From assembly GCA_013239625.1 (NCBI GenBank), contig MU053379.1, positions 2,710,866 to 2,774,865 of the forward strand: DNA of 64,000 bases, given 5' to 3'. Made by a program: the position numbers and the translations under genes. Below, piece after piece: positions 37,661-51,000 of this stretch (positions are counted from its first letter, which is position 1; each line of letters starts with the position of its first letter). The notes under the pieces were generated by a model that was given only the letters and a program-made list of their open reading frames with translations, did not search any database and was not told the DNA's origin. The stretch is from Lama guanicoe (lineage: Eukaryota).

Positions 37661-40600
37661 TAATTTCAAATGCATTTTAGATACCCTGCATTTGTACCCT
37701 CCTCCCCTCATGGTTACATTTCTTGTTTCTAGTTGTGGCCTTTTCTTTTTTTTTACCTAAAGATGTTCCTTTAACACTTGTTGTAAAGCTGGTTTGGTGG
37801 TGCTGAATTCTTTTAGCTTTTGTTTATCTGTGAAGCTTTTGATTTCTCCTTCAAATCTGAACAAGAGCCTTGCTGGATAGAGTATTCTTGGTTGTAAGTT
37901 TTTCCCTTTCATCACTTTAAATATATTGCGCCACTCCCTTCTGGCCTGGAGAGTTTCTGCAGAGAAATCAGCTGATAACCTTATGGGAGTTCCTTTGTAT
38001 GTTATTTGTTGCTTTTCCCTTGCTGATTTTAATATTTTCTCCTTATCCTTAATTTTTGTCAATTTGATGACCATGTGCCTCCGTGTGTTCCTCTTAGGTT
38101 AATCCTGTGTGGAACTCTCTGCACTTCCTGGACCTGGGTGACTGTTTCCTTCCCCAGGTTAGGGAACTTTTTGGCTATTATCTCTTCAAATATTTTCTCA
38201 GATCCTTTCTGTCTCCCCTCCCTCTGGGACCCCTATAATGCGAATATTAGAGTGCTTCATGTTGTCCCAGGGTTCTCTTAAACTACCCTCATTTCTGTTC
38301 ATTCTTTTTTCGTTCTGCAGTAGTGATTTCCACTCATCAGTCTTCTGGCTCACTGAGCCATGCTTCTGCCTCATTTAGTCTACTTTTGGTTCCTTCTGAT
38401 GCATTGCTCATTTCAGTGATTTTTTTCTTCAACTCTTTTTGGGTGTGCTTTACATTTTCTAACTCTTTATTAAAAATTTCACTCTGTGCATCTATACTCC
38501 TCCTGAGGTCTCTGAACATCTTTGCCATCATTATTTTAAACTCTTTCTCAGATAAATTACCTGTCTCCTCATCACTTGTTTCTTCTTCTGGGATTTTTAT
38601 CTTGTGCCTTGGCCTAGGAGATATTCCTTTGCTGCCTCATATTGTCTGTCTTTATATTTTTAGGTAGGTTAGTTATGTTTCTTGACCTTGGAGAGGTGGC
38701 CCTCTGTGGGAGACGTCCTGTGCGTTCCAGCAGTACATTCCTCTCTTGTCACCCAAGGGCCAGGGTCCAGCATGTCCCAGTGTAGAGTCTGGTCTGTGTT
38801 TGTGGATTCCTCCTATAGGCTTTGGGGTTGTTTTCTTATTTCTGGTATCAGTCCCCTGGTAGATGAGGCTGGACTAGAGGCTTATGCAGGTTTCCTGGAA
38901 GAAGCAGTTGGTGTCTGCCCTCTGCTGGGTGGAGCTTGGTCCTGGGCCTCTGGTGGGCAGGGCTGTGTCTAGAGGTGGTTGAGGGCTTGGGAAGTCTGCT
39001 GATGGGTGGGCGGAGTTCCTACCCAGTATGGCCTGAGGCGTCCCTACAGGCTGTTGGGTGTGGCTGGGTCTTGGTACCAGTGACCCAAGAAAGATGCCAG
39101 CCTCCAGGAAAGCTCATGTAGATGAACACTCCTGGAATGTCCACCACCAGCTTTTATGTCCCCTGAGTGAGCCACAACTGCCCTCTACCTCCCCAGGAGA
39201 CCTTCCAAAACCAGCAGGCAAGTCTGGCCTAGGTTCCTATAAAGTCACTGCCATTGCCCTTGGACCCAGCATGCACAAAATTCTGTGTGCACTTCCCAAG
39301 AGAGTGAAGTCTCTGTTTCCCCCAGTCCCATGGGGGTGCCTGGAGCCAAGCCCCCCTGGCCTCCAAAAGCAGATGTCCTGGGGTCTCCTCCTCCTCCCAA
39401 TGCCGGAACCCCGGGCTGGGGAGCCTGGCGTGGGGCTCAGAGCTCTCACTCCTGTGGGACGGCCTCTGTGACTTAATTATTCTTCAGCTTGTGGGTCGTC
39501 CACCCGGGGGGTTTGGGGCCCGATTATATTGCAAGCACACCCCTCCTACCGTGCTGCTGTGGTTCCCTCTTTATGTTTCCAGTTGAGGAAGGTCTTTTTT
39601 GCTAGGTTCCAGTCTTTTTGTTTCGATAGTGGTTTAGTAGTCAGTTGTGGTTTCATTATAGTCACGGGGAGAGGTGAGCTCGTGGTCCTCCTACTCCGCC
39701 ATGACCGCAGCTTCACCACAGTCCCCTCGCTGCACCGTGAAGCACCTGGCACACAACGGCCGCGATGGATTAACAGCAAAGAACGGCCTCCAAGGTCTTC
39801 CCCTCCTGGCCACTCTGCAGCCACTGAAGTCAGCTGTCAGCTCTGGCAGACGCCAGGGACAGAGAGGAGTGCTAAGAAAGGTCCTCATGGAGCACAAATG
39901 AGAAGGAATGAGTATTGCTGAGAACAGAGAGCCAGGGGCAAGTGGGTATCGGTTTGGAAAGGCCTCACTGGACCTGTTAGGGAGGATGGACAGATGGACA
40001 GACGGATGAAAGGAGGAAGGAAGATGGGGCATAGCATGTGATCTTGGCACATATACCGGCATGGAGAAGGGGACGTGGGACAGGTGGCTTCAGAGGATGT
40101 GCTTGCACACCCGCCTCTTACCCACCCTTTCAGTCAGGCCCCCACAAGGGTCCCCCTGCCCGGCATCACTTGAGCCAACAGAACGAGATGGCTTTGGGTT
40201 CAGAAGCCGAGGAAAGCGTTCTTCTTTGATCAAAGTATGAGAGGTACGAGCTTGAGGTCTCAAGCACAGGCTCTCTGGGGCAGGCGGGGACAGGACGGGG
40301 CTGTTCGAGGGATGTCACCAGCCGGGAGGGGTAGCACAACTGTGCAGCCCAGGCTTCAGCTCCCGGGCAGCGGGCCCCTCTGCTCATGGCCCGCCAACGT
40401 GGGCTGCAGGCACAGGGGTTCTGTGCTGGGGACTCAGATCCGATGTGTTAGGTGCACATGGGCCCCTCTAGGCAAGTGAAGCGAGGCTTAGAACAGAAGA
40501 AGAGCGGGACCTCATGCCCAGGACTCCATCCTGTTTCTCCCGGGGGCCCCATGGGGCTGTGCCGGTGACAGTTCCACATCACACACTCCCCTTCACCAGG

Positions 40601-42323
40601 CCTGGGGGGCACAGGCACGTGGCCCCGCAGGTGAGCGATGCTGGCCGGGCTGGTGGGTGACCACGAGGAGCCGCGGGGGTGTCCGTTGAGCTGGTTGTTG
40701 CCACGTAACAAGGACCCAGCTGAACCTGATCTTTTAGAGGAAGGCCGAAAATCCAATTTCCAAATGCTATTCAGGCCAAGGCAGAGACGTCTAGAGGTCG
40801 TCCCTGGCTCCCGGGGTGTCCATTTGCAACCTTGATTGCGGACCTTGATGTCTGTCCCTCCTCTTCTTCTGGGGGTGATGCCTGCAGGAGGGGCATGCTC
40901 CCCGCCCCCAGCCACGCTGCGGCCCCCAGGCCGAGGCTCCCACTGAGTATGACCTCCCGGCACTGCCGGAGGAGAGTGGCTGTCCTCCCCGCGGCCCAGG
41001 ATGCTGTCAGTGCACAGAAGGACATGTAGCATGTACATCATGCTCTCGGGAAGGTTGGCGGACCCCTCAGCTGCACTCCCCCCCCCAGGAGAAAAGGCTA
41101 CTCTTAGGTGGCTTTCCAGCTCGAAAATCCCTGTGCAGGTGCGAGTGGCAGCTGGGGACCCTCTTCACAGGTCCAAAAGCAAAACCTGACTGTGACCACA
41201 CTAAGATAAAATGAGGACTCTTTTCACTTAAAAAGTAAATTAACAAAGAGAAAGGGGTGTGCTCCCCCCGCCCACGCCTGCCCTTTCCTGTCCACCGTGC
41301 AGTTCGGCATTTCCAGTGAGGCCTCGGGCTTCCGCGCCAGTTCCCTGTCTGCTGCTGCCGGGCCCTGAGAGCAGGACGTGAAGGAACAGCACCTTTATCC
41401 ACCTGCCTTTCCCCTTAGACACGTCCTCTTTCTCCCGAGGCCGGCGGGTGTCCGGTCCAGTTGTTTTTCTCGGCATCCTTCATGGCCCGTGGCGAAGCTG
41501 GTGCTCAGGTCCCCGCCCAGTTTATGTGATTTTGTGGATAAAACAGGCGGGGTGACCAGATAAGGGTGTGCTCTGGAGAAGCCTGATCAATTCCTTAGTG
41601 ATTGGACCATATCGACCAGAAATGGTTAATTCAGTTCCACGAGTCGATATTTCCCAGGGCTTCTCAGAAAGCTGTATCATTTGCAAAAGTGATAGAGAAT
41701 TTAAGTCTCCCCCAGATAAACCAGGCCCGCCCCGGCCCAACGGACAGAGACAGTCCCGTCTTCTGTTTGGGCCCCGGAGAATTTGTGTGTGCAGCTGTGT
41801 AGGAAGGAGTTTCGTGATGCACCCACCCAAATCTACACGGCCACTTGGAAACCCCATTGTCACCGTGGTGTACCTGACCGTCTTTCTTGAAGGTTCCGTG
41901 GAGACCCACTATGCAGGCGACCCTGTGGTTACTGTCAGTCTTCCCTTTTTGAATGTAAATTGGGAAAGAAGTAAATATCTTCTATTTTTTAAATCCACAA
42001 TATTCATGGAAATATTAATTTCCCTAAAGCTTATCACTAAGGCCAGTTACCCATAGCCCTTGGGGCCGTTAGTGCAGACCTGCCTCCAACCCCAACCTTG
42101 GCAAGGATCCTAGGTCCCCCTCTTCTTCCTACAAAGAAGGAAAGAAACTAGAACACAGCAGTCATTCAGTTTTGGGGAAAAAACTAGACCTAAAACTTTT
42201 TATAAAGTCAAACTTTTAACATCCTTGTATCAAAAGATGATCTTTGTTTGATGAAATAGTATCATCAGTTGCAAAATGAGTTTGGTTAAATTCAAAGCTT
42301 TTCCAGTTTTAAGAATGAAGCCT

Positions 42324-42410
42324 GGGGAGAGCCATAGCTCAGTGGTAGAGTGTGTGCTCAGCACGTGCAAGGTCCTGGGTTCAATCCCCAGCACCTCCAT
42401 TAAAAAAAAA
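42324..42410 (+). mobile_element. tRNA(Ala)-derived SINE (camelid vic-1 type) with polyA and TSD
   Basis: A-box 'tagctcagtgg', B-box 'ggttcaatccc', then 'agcacctcca' and an A tail. TSD aagaatgaagcct (42311) / aagaacgaaggct (42409). Inserted at a TTTT/AA L1-endonuclease site. Confidence 0.88.
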
Positions 42411-44504
42411 GAACGAAGGCTGCCATGTTTCTAGGATGATTTCGAGGAGGCCCAGAGGGGTCCGTGCCAGTCCCCACGCCCTCCCACCCTCGCTAAACGG
42501 GGTCGCTGCAGCTGGCGCAGAAGCTCTCCACAGAGCTGGGAGAAGCAGCCCCTTCGCCCCCCAGCAGGTGTCCTCACCTGCTCCTCCAGTCCCCCAAGGA
42601 CCAGCCTATGCTGATGCTGCGGAGACCCAGAGCCCGGAGTGCGTCACAGCTCAGGACGCGCCCTGCGAGGTCAGAAGCGCCCCACGCCGCGAAGCAGGTG
42701 GAAGCACCCAGGTCAGGAGCTCCCGGGACTCGAGCTTGGATGGATGGCACCGGGGCAGGTGCAGACGTGGGACGGGGTCCTCTGCGCTGCCCATCAGGCA
42801 GGAAGGCCAGGGTGGAAGATGCTTGGAGGTGAGTGTCTTAGACCCTCCACAGGGAGGAGGCGGAGAGGGAGCAGCAGGTGGTCTGGGCACAGCTCTGGAG
42901 CTAGGAGAAGCCGGAGCTTAGGCAGGCATCCCAAGGGGGTACCCTGACTCTGCCACCTCCGGTCTGCTCCCCCTCCCAGAGCTCCTGCCCCCAACCCCAG
43001 CGGAGGAGGACGCCTGGAAGCCCCTCAGCTCACAGCCTTTTGGAGAGACGACTGTGGCTCTGCAGAACAGCAGTTCCCGTGTGGCTGCGCTGGCGTGTGC
43101 ACAGAAGGCTCTGCCGGGTGGCAGTCCCACGAAGGTGAAGACCGATGTGCAGAAGCTCCTGTCCCAACGGGAAGGAGCCTGCATACTCCTCAGTGACGCT
43201 CCGGCGCCCCGGCTGGGCGCTAGCGTTTCACCACCCCTTTGGAAGTGGCTTCTAAGGCCACCACTGATGCTGAAAAACCGAGAAGCAGCCTTCAGGAGTC
43301 AGCTCTTTGGTCCCAAGGGCACAGCTGCCACAGACGAGTCCTGGGTCACTGGCCAAGGACAGCTCACTGCAGAGACAGTCACCTTCTGGACAAGAATCCC
43401 CAAAATGCTTGGCCACAGGAGACCAGTGCGGGGCTGAAATGAATGACATTTCAGGGCTCCTGAGTCACTGGTCTGCAAGCCGCTCAACGTGCCATGCAGT
43501 CGTCTAATTTCCAGGCACCGTCGCTGCTGGACGCCATGTGGCCGCGAGTTCCAAAGCCAGCAGAGGGACCGTGCAGAAACGTCCTGCTTCCTCGTGGACA
43601 CCCTCAGGTCCCGTGCAGCCTGGGCGGGCCGCAGTCACTCTCAGAGAAGCAGGGTTCCCCCAGAACTCCCTCTTGGAAGCTCACGACGCAGAGTCACCGG
43701 CAGCAAGGCAGAGGCCAGGCCGTGAAGGCGCTGGGCGGGGAGACACGTGAGCAGCACGTGGGCAGAAGGCACGGGCCGTGCTGGTGCCAGGAAAGCAGCG
43801 AGACAGAGGCCAAGCCGCCCGGAAGGCTGCGGCTACACGTGGACCCCGAAACCTGAGAGGGTGGGGACTCCCGAGCCTGCGTGGAAATGGGGACGGGGAG
43901 GCGGTGCCTCAGCCACAGAGGGAAGACGGTGACCAACTTAAAACGGCCCGTGGGTGTCCAACTTAGGTGTTAAGGAAGTTTCAAGGCTCTCAAGCCCACA
44001 GCTCCCCGCGGCTTTCCCGGAGGCTGTGTGGACCTCGAAGGCAGGGCCTGTCCCGGCAAAGCTGAACGTGAGTGTCTGGGCTTAGCATCCCTGATGCTTC
44101 GGTCCAGGACCTGCCGTCCGAGGAGATGCGCCAAGGCATCGGCCTGCAGGCTTTACTCAGTCATTGCCCCGGGGGTGAGCCCCCTCCGGCGTCTCCCATC
44201 CTCACCTGAGGTGCATTTCCTCCTAAGCGGTTCCTGCGAACACCCTGCGCTGTTCCCTGTTCACCACCTGGATGTAAGCACCACGCGGCAGGGTCCCCGG
44301 TGTTTCCCCAGTCCCCAGGGAGGTGCTGGCACACGATGAGGACGGGGTGACTGTTAGTGGCAGAAACAGCTGGATGAATATGTGACCTGAACAGCAAAAT
44401 GGGTAGTTAAGCGTGCAATCAGGTCGCATTCTGGTCAAGTGAACAGGTGCTCGGTACTAAGTGTGCGGCTGACGGTGCAGCTGCCGGGCACCGCCCGCCC
44501 TTGT

Positions 44505-44885
44505 CTTGTTTTGTTGAAGTAGAGCTTACAGTGTTGCATTAGTCTCAGGTGTGCAGCAAAGTGACACAGTCACAATACATTCTTTTTCATATTCTTTTCT
44601 TTATAGGTTATTACAGGATATTGAGTATCGCTCCCTGTGCTCTACAGTAGGACCTTGCTGTTTATCTGCGTTCTATCGAGTAGTCTGTGTCTGCCAATCC
44701 TAGACTCCTACTTTATTTCTGCCCCCTGCCCCTTTGGTAACCGTATGTTTGTTTTCTGTCTGTGAATCTGTTTCTGGTTTGTGAATAAGTTCATTTGTGT
44801 CACTCTTTCAGACTCCACATCAAAGGGGTACATGGTGTTTGTCTTCGTCTGTCTGACTTCACTGAGGTTGGGGATCGCAGGTCCA
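44505..44885 (-). mobile_element. 5'-truncated L1 3' end
   Basis: L1 3'UTR tracts 'tctttttcatattcttttctttataggttattacaggatattgag' and 'gaataagttcatttgtgtc'. Confidence 0.85.
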
Positions 44886-45822
44886 CCTGTCGCCCTGACC
44901 TGCGAGTGCCTCGGTGTCCCTGGGACACTTTACCTCCCCACCTCCCCAGGGAGGAACTTAAGTCTCAGAGAACAGAAGGTGCTCATCTGCACGTGGGCAG
45001 CGGTGTGTCTTTCCCCGCGCATCCATGACACCCACGACACCCACTAACAGTCACAGGAGTGACAAATGCACCTCCAGGGGAGTGTGGAGCCCACATGGTC
45101 TCACCCTGAAGAAGGGAAGGTTCCCGTCTGAGACTCTCAGCATTTAAAAAAGTAGGAGTTAAAATACTGGTCAGTGTTCTTGGTTCTTCCGAGAATGCAT
45201 CAAATATTCAGCAGTCGCCTGTAACCAGAGGTGGCCATACTGTCCTCCTTGTAAGACAGCATTGATCCAAACAGTTTTCAGGGAAAAGTTAGCCAGTAGG
45301 GCCACCAAAAGAGCCACTTTCCTGAGAGAGATTCAATTAAGCGTCCGTGCAGTTGCACGAGGAGCAGGCTGCGACACTGAGGTGGCCTGTTTTCTGGTCA
45401 TGATGGATCCAGAAACCTTAATGAGGAACAACATTTGTGTTACTGTCTACCCAAATTTAATTTGTTTATGCAGCGGTTCAGTTAATCCTGCAATCTGGTT
45501 TTCGCAGACGAGGGCAGATAATGGAGACACCGTTCTTTACAAGTCTTCAGGCTTTTAAATTCTGATAAAATCAGGATTCTTCACTGGGCCTTGCCTCAGC
45601 TCTGAATTAAACCACTTTAAATGTAATTATGGAAACTGGCCTGACATCAGGGACATCCATTTGCAAAATTGATTGGCCAGGCAGTTCCACGAGGCATCTT
45701 ATGAGCAAACGATGGCAAAGGGGCCAGAACTGTCATTTATAAAGGCAAAAAAGCAGGTAAATACTTTATTAGTGGTAATGAGAAGGCTTCCAGGGAACTG
45801 AACCTTGTTCTTTCCTCACCAG

Positions 45823-45913
45823 CTACTTCACGGAGCCGTGGTGCATGGCCCTCTTTCACGATCGTTTTATTGATCTCAGGAAGGAGTTGCGCCAAATCTT
45901 ATCCTCCAAGGAG
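45823..45913 (+). CDS. CFAP61: CFAP61 penultimate coding exon: (S)YFTEPWCMALFHDRFIDLRKELRQILSSKE
   Basis: Acceptor 'ttgttctttcctcaccAG' (45821-22) and donor 'GAG|gtaaga' (45914). The exon is 1 nt plus 30 codons. The peptide matches recalled mammalian CFAP61 (YFTEPWCLALFHDRFIDLRKELRQILASKE) and splices in frame to the last exon. Confidence 0.93.
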
Positions 45914-48010
45914 GTAAGAGTGATTAACGGATGTGCGGCTCAGGCCTCGCAAATCGCCAGCAGTTAGAGCCGTTGTCATTTAGACTCTTCCCTACTTTCC
46001 CACTTTATGGTTTTACTTTGAAAACCAACTGTGTGCTTCATACAAACGCACTACAGCGTAGGTGCACGTAGACAGTGATGTTTCAAGGCAAGTGGACTGT
46101 TTCATCTCCGAGGGGGGCACGATTCTTTTCCCCTTTCCCCAGCGACAGCACTGTGAGCGGCAGCGAGCCCGCTGGCCGAGGCCAGGCTGTGGATCGCGTC
46201 CCCGTGCCCTCGGGAACCAAGGCTGCGCGCCTGCCGCTCCCGTCCTGTCCCTGTTTGCCAGCCACTCACTAAACGTGTGCGCGTGTTGTTATAAAGACGT
46301 CAGAGGACGTCAACAGATGTCCGAACACACTCCTTTCAGAACCGAAACTTCTTAGAGTGAAACACAACTAGCCAGGAACTAGGCCGCGTACCCCGCAGGC
46401 TCCGCGCTCAGCAAGAGGCTGGACTGCGGTGTCGATCGTAAGGTGATTGTGAAACTTACCTTTTTCAGCACGAGAGTCCTTGCTCCCCGAGCTGTGCAGA
46501 AAGGTCACACCCGGGCTCAGAAAGTGGTCAAGCATCCACTCCTGACTCTTCCTCAGCTCACTCAGGCCAGGGCTCAGCTTCCACCTTGCCGACTGTCCCT
46601 GTGTCGCCTCCGCCTGGAGACCTGCCACCTCCTCTCAGGTCCCCGTGGTGTGGGCTGCCCCGCGGGATGCAGGGACGTCCCTCTCGCCCTGGTCGCCACA
46701 CGCCCCACCTCACTGCATCCCAGCAGGGACCCTCCGAGGGGCAGCGGCACTGCTGTCCTCACCTCCACTAAACCAGTGACGAAGCAAAAGCTGAGAGACT
46801 CTAAGGGCCGCCAGCCGGCACACGTCTCAAGCATGTCTCACTGCAAAGCCGGGGTCCTCGGTACTGAGCCGAGCTCGTGGCCCAGCGCCCTCTCCCCATT
46901 GCCCCGCCCCCGGTCAGTTTTGTCCCTGGGGTCCACACTGGGAAATTTAAATAGTTTTCCTAATTTGAAGTAGATTCAGACTGCGGAAAAAACAGGTTTC
47001 AAGTTTAAACCAAACTCAGTTCTCTTTGGTGCCCTCAAAGATGGAAGGGAGGCAGAGGGGCCAGCGGCAGAATGCACAGGGCAGCCGGGGCTCGAGGCAC
47101 TCAGAGTGGAGGTGACAGTGGTAATGAGGTAGAGACAGAGACCCAGGATGCTGCAGGTCACACCAGCCCCTGCAGCGCCTCCGGGGGTGGCGGGGAGGAA
47201 GCTGGTCCACGTTAGACCAGGCCCCGATCTGGAAGCCTGGTGCTGACTGAACTTCATTCAATGCTGCAGACCCTCCCATCCCCCCTTAAATGTGATCTGC
47301 AGCTCACTGCTGCCCCACAGGAAAGATTCGTCATTTTCTAGTTATCCCATCAAAACTCTGCCCAAATCCTTCTAAACCCTGGATCTGAGTTCCGCTGTTA
47401 ACCTTCTGCACAGGGCCAAGGGGTTTTAGGCATAAAGCTTAAAAGGGAAGCTTTCCCTTCATGTTTCCAAGTACATCATCAAGTGCAATGACGGCCTCTC
47501 ACGGCACTCACTGAGCCTCCCTCCACCTTTTACACACACACAGACATTTGCCGGGGGTCAGTCTGCTGGGCATAGACTCAGCCTGGACAGCAGGCCCTGG
47601 CGGCAGACCAGAAGTGACCTTTGCAGAGGACAGACTAAGGGCTCCCCGACCGTCCTTGATTTCCAGAAAGGGAAACCTCTGGAAGAAAAGCCTTCACTCG
47701 GGGACTGTCCTGACGTCTGTCAAGGGAGAGGCCACAGGACGGGCTGGGGACGGCAGGGGCGTCTGCCTGTAGCTCAGATCCCCGCGGAGCAGGGACTAGC
47801 TGCTCCCACCTCAGAGAGCTGTGGGAGGAGGAGAGGAGGGCCTGGTGTGAGCACATGGCACAGAAGAATGGCTCCAAGCATGTGCCGGCCACCACAAGTA
47901 AGAGGGATGGTGACAGCTACGGTGGAGACAGACCAACAGTGGAAGCAGCAGTCATATAAGTAGATTTGCAGGAATTTCACTTAAGAGCCTGGTAATAGGA
48001 AAATAAACCA

Positions 48011-51000
48011 GGGGGAGGGTGCCAAGATGCTGGAGTGAAGGAATTCACAGCTCGCCCCCTCTCACAAATACACCAAGAATTACATCTACAGACACACTGA
48101 ATCACACAGAATCCCTACGAAACTTTAAGAGACTGTCTCTCACTTCAAAATACAGGAGTCCTCACAAAAAAAAAATGGCTAAGGTGGGGACAAGGGCAGC
48201 GTCAACAGAGAGTACTTTGTAAGCCCACATAACAAGTGACAAACACCAGCACAGAGGGCACTCCCCGGTGGACATCTCCTGCAGAGGTACACTCAGCGAC
48301 TCTTCTTTCCAGCTTCAGCTTCACCTGTACACACTGGGGCTTGGAAGCCTCTATTCCAGCAACAGTGGAGCAGACCCGCTCCTGTCAAGGCTGTGACAAC
48401 CACAGAACAAACAAGGAGAACCACTCAACAACAGCAATCCGGGCAGGCTCTGATCACCACAGCACCAACCACACCCCCAGTCAAAGGGACAGCAGCCAAC
48501 ACACATGGAAAGAAGACATCGCAACCATCCACAGTGAGAGCAGACCTCGTGAGAAAGCTATCAGATGTACATAGTCTACACTGCACGCTCCCACTTTAAA
48601 TTATAACAACAACAAAAAAACCCCCAGCCCTTTAAGACCACAGTGGATGACTGATACTCCTGAATCCACAGAGCCAGAGAAACGTAAGTAAAATGAAGAA
48701 GCAGAGGAACCACTCCCAATTAAAAGAGCAAGAGAAGTTCCCTGAAAGAACGATCAATAAAATAGACATTGGCAGTCTACTAGATCATAACTTCAAAAGG
48801 GGGTGATAAAAGCACTGATGGAAATGAGAGAGACTATGAATAGAGATGCAGAATACTGTAAAAAGGAAATAGAAATTATAAAGAGGAGCCAATTAAAAAC
48901 AGAAAACTCAATGGCTGAGATAAGAGCCAACCTAAAGGCAGTCAAAAGCAGACTACACAATGCAGAGGAACGAGTCAGTGACTTAGAAGACGGGGTAACA
49001 GAAGTCACCCAATCAGAAGAGCAGACAGAAAAGCAAATAAAAACCAATGGTAACAATCTAAGGGGCCTATGGGATAACATAAAACGTGCCAATCTGTGCA
49101 TAATATGGGTCCCAGGAGGAGAAGACAGAGAAAAGGGGTCAGAAAAGGTATTTGAAGAAATCATGACTGAAACCTTTCCAAACCTAAAGAAGGAATCAGA
49201 TATCCAAGTACAGGAAGCACAGAGGGTCTCCAACAAGAAGAACCCAGACAGACCTATACCAAGACATATTATAATTAAGATGCCAAAGTTAAAGAAATGA
49301 TTCTAAAGGCAGCAAGAGAAAAAGGGTGAGTTATAAGGGAGCCCCCATGAGGCTTTCAGCTGATTTCTTTACACAGACACTGCTGGTCAGAAGGGAGGGG
49401 CAAGATATACTCAAAGTCCTGATTGAAAAAAATCTGCAACCTAGGATACTTTATCTGGCAAGACTGTCCTTTAGAATAGAAGGAGAGAGAATTTCACAGA
49501 CAAGGAAAAACTAAAAGAATTCAGCAATACTAACCCTACTCTAAAAGAAATGTTGAAAGGTCTACTCTAAATAGAAAAGAAGTAGGAAGCTATAGAAATG
49601 AGAAAATCATAACTGGAAATGCAATAACTACAATGAGTTGCAAGAGAATAAACATGAAGATGTATAAGAGGACATCAAAATCATCAAAGGTGGGAGAGGG
49701 GAGCAAGAAAATATAGATTTATTTTCTCTCTTCTTTTTTTTTCTTTCTTTTTAGTATGTATTTGAGCCTACAAGACTATCAGTTTAAAGCAAACAGATGC
49801 ATTAATGGGTTAATATACTTGAAAAACAGGGTAACCACAAGTCAAAAGCATACACTGCAGTCACACAACCCAAAAAGAAACCAAGCTAATACAAAAAAAT
49901 GTATCAAACCACAAAAAAAGGGGAAAGAAAGGAACAGAGAAGAAATACCAAATCAACTGGAAAACAAAAGTTTGAAATGGCCATAAGCACACATCTATCA
50001 ATAATTACTGCAAATGTCAATGGACTAAATGCTCCAGTCAAAACACACAGAGTGGCAGATGGGATAATAAAATAAAAGCCTACAATGTGCTGCCTACCAG
50101 AGACCCACTTTAGAGTGAAGGACACATAGATTGAAAGTGAGAGGGTGGAAAAAGATGTTCCATGCAAATGGAAATGGCAAGAAAGCAGGAGTAGCAATAC
50201 TCATATCAGACAGAATAGACTTTAGAATATAGACCATAAAGAAAGATACTATATAATGATTAAAGGAGCAATACAAGATGAGGATATTGCACTTGTTAAC
50301 ATATATGCACCCAATATAGGAGCACCTAAATATATAAAATACTAACAGACATAAAGGGAGAAACTGATGGGAATACAATGGTAGTAGGAGACTTTAACAC
50401 CCCACTAATATCACTGGACAGGTCTTCCAGACACGAAATCAATAAGGCAGCAGAGATACTAAATGACAATAGAACCGTTGGCCTTGGTTGATACTTTTAG
50501 GACACTACATCCCCAAAATACAGAATGTACATTCTTACCAAGTGTGCATGGAAAATTCTCTAGGGAAGATCACAAGCCTGGGCACAAAAGAAGCCTCAAC
50601 AAATTTAAGAGGATAGAAATTATTTCAAGGATCTTTTCTGACCACAAAGGCATGAAACTAGAAATCAACCACAGAAAAAAAATGGAGGAAAAAAATGACT
50701 GCATGGAGGCTAAACAACACGCTACTAAAAAAACCAATGGGTCGATGATGAAATCAAAGAGGAAATTAAAAAATACTTTGAGACAAACATCAATGAAAAC
50801 ACAACCACACAAAATCTAGGGATGCAGCAAAAGCAGTCGTAAGAGGGAACTTCACAGTGATTCCCCAAAAAACAAGAACAGTCTCAAATAAACAACCTAA
50901 CCTGCCACCTGAAAGAATTAGAAAAAGAACAAACAAAACCTAAAGTCAGCAGAAGGAAGGAAATAATAAAGATCAGGGAGGAAATAAATAAAATAGAGAT

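Larger units (their letters stand above)
33305..39706 (-). mobile_element. Near full-length, inactive L1 (5'UTR, ORF1 ~37757-38560, ORF2 ~33490-37220), antisense to CFAP61
   Basis: ORF1 fragments (ITYKGTPIRLSADFSAETLQARREW). ORF2 endonuclease/RT/C-terminal fragments ([35 protein letters not shown]). The 5' start reads 'atggcggagtag' on the minus strand at about 39702. Many stops and frameshifts; RT FADD reads FMED. Confidence 0.95.

Noticed and set aside
33305..39706. Potentially active L1
   Set aside because: Both ORFs are broken by stops and frameshifts, the RT motif is mutated (FMED) and there is a nested insertion. The 48-53 kb copy is also dead (YVDV, internal deletion).
42324..42400. 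Genuine tRNA gene
   Set aside because: PolyA tail, TSD, a degenerate anticodon arm and no T-run terminator indicate a retroposed SINE.
1..45822. Additional upstream CFAP61 coding exons
   Set aside because: I could not find the expected preceding peptide (…NLITDLYS) by eye. It probably lies upstream of the window, but a spliced alignment is needed to be sure.
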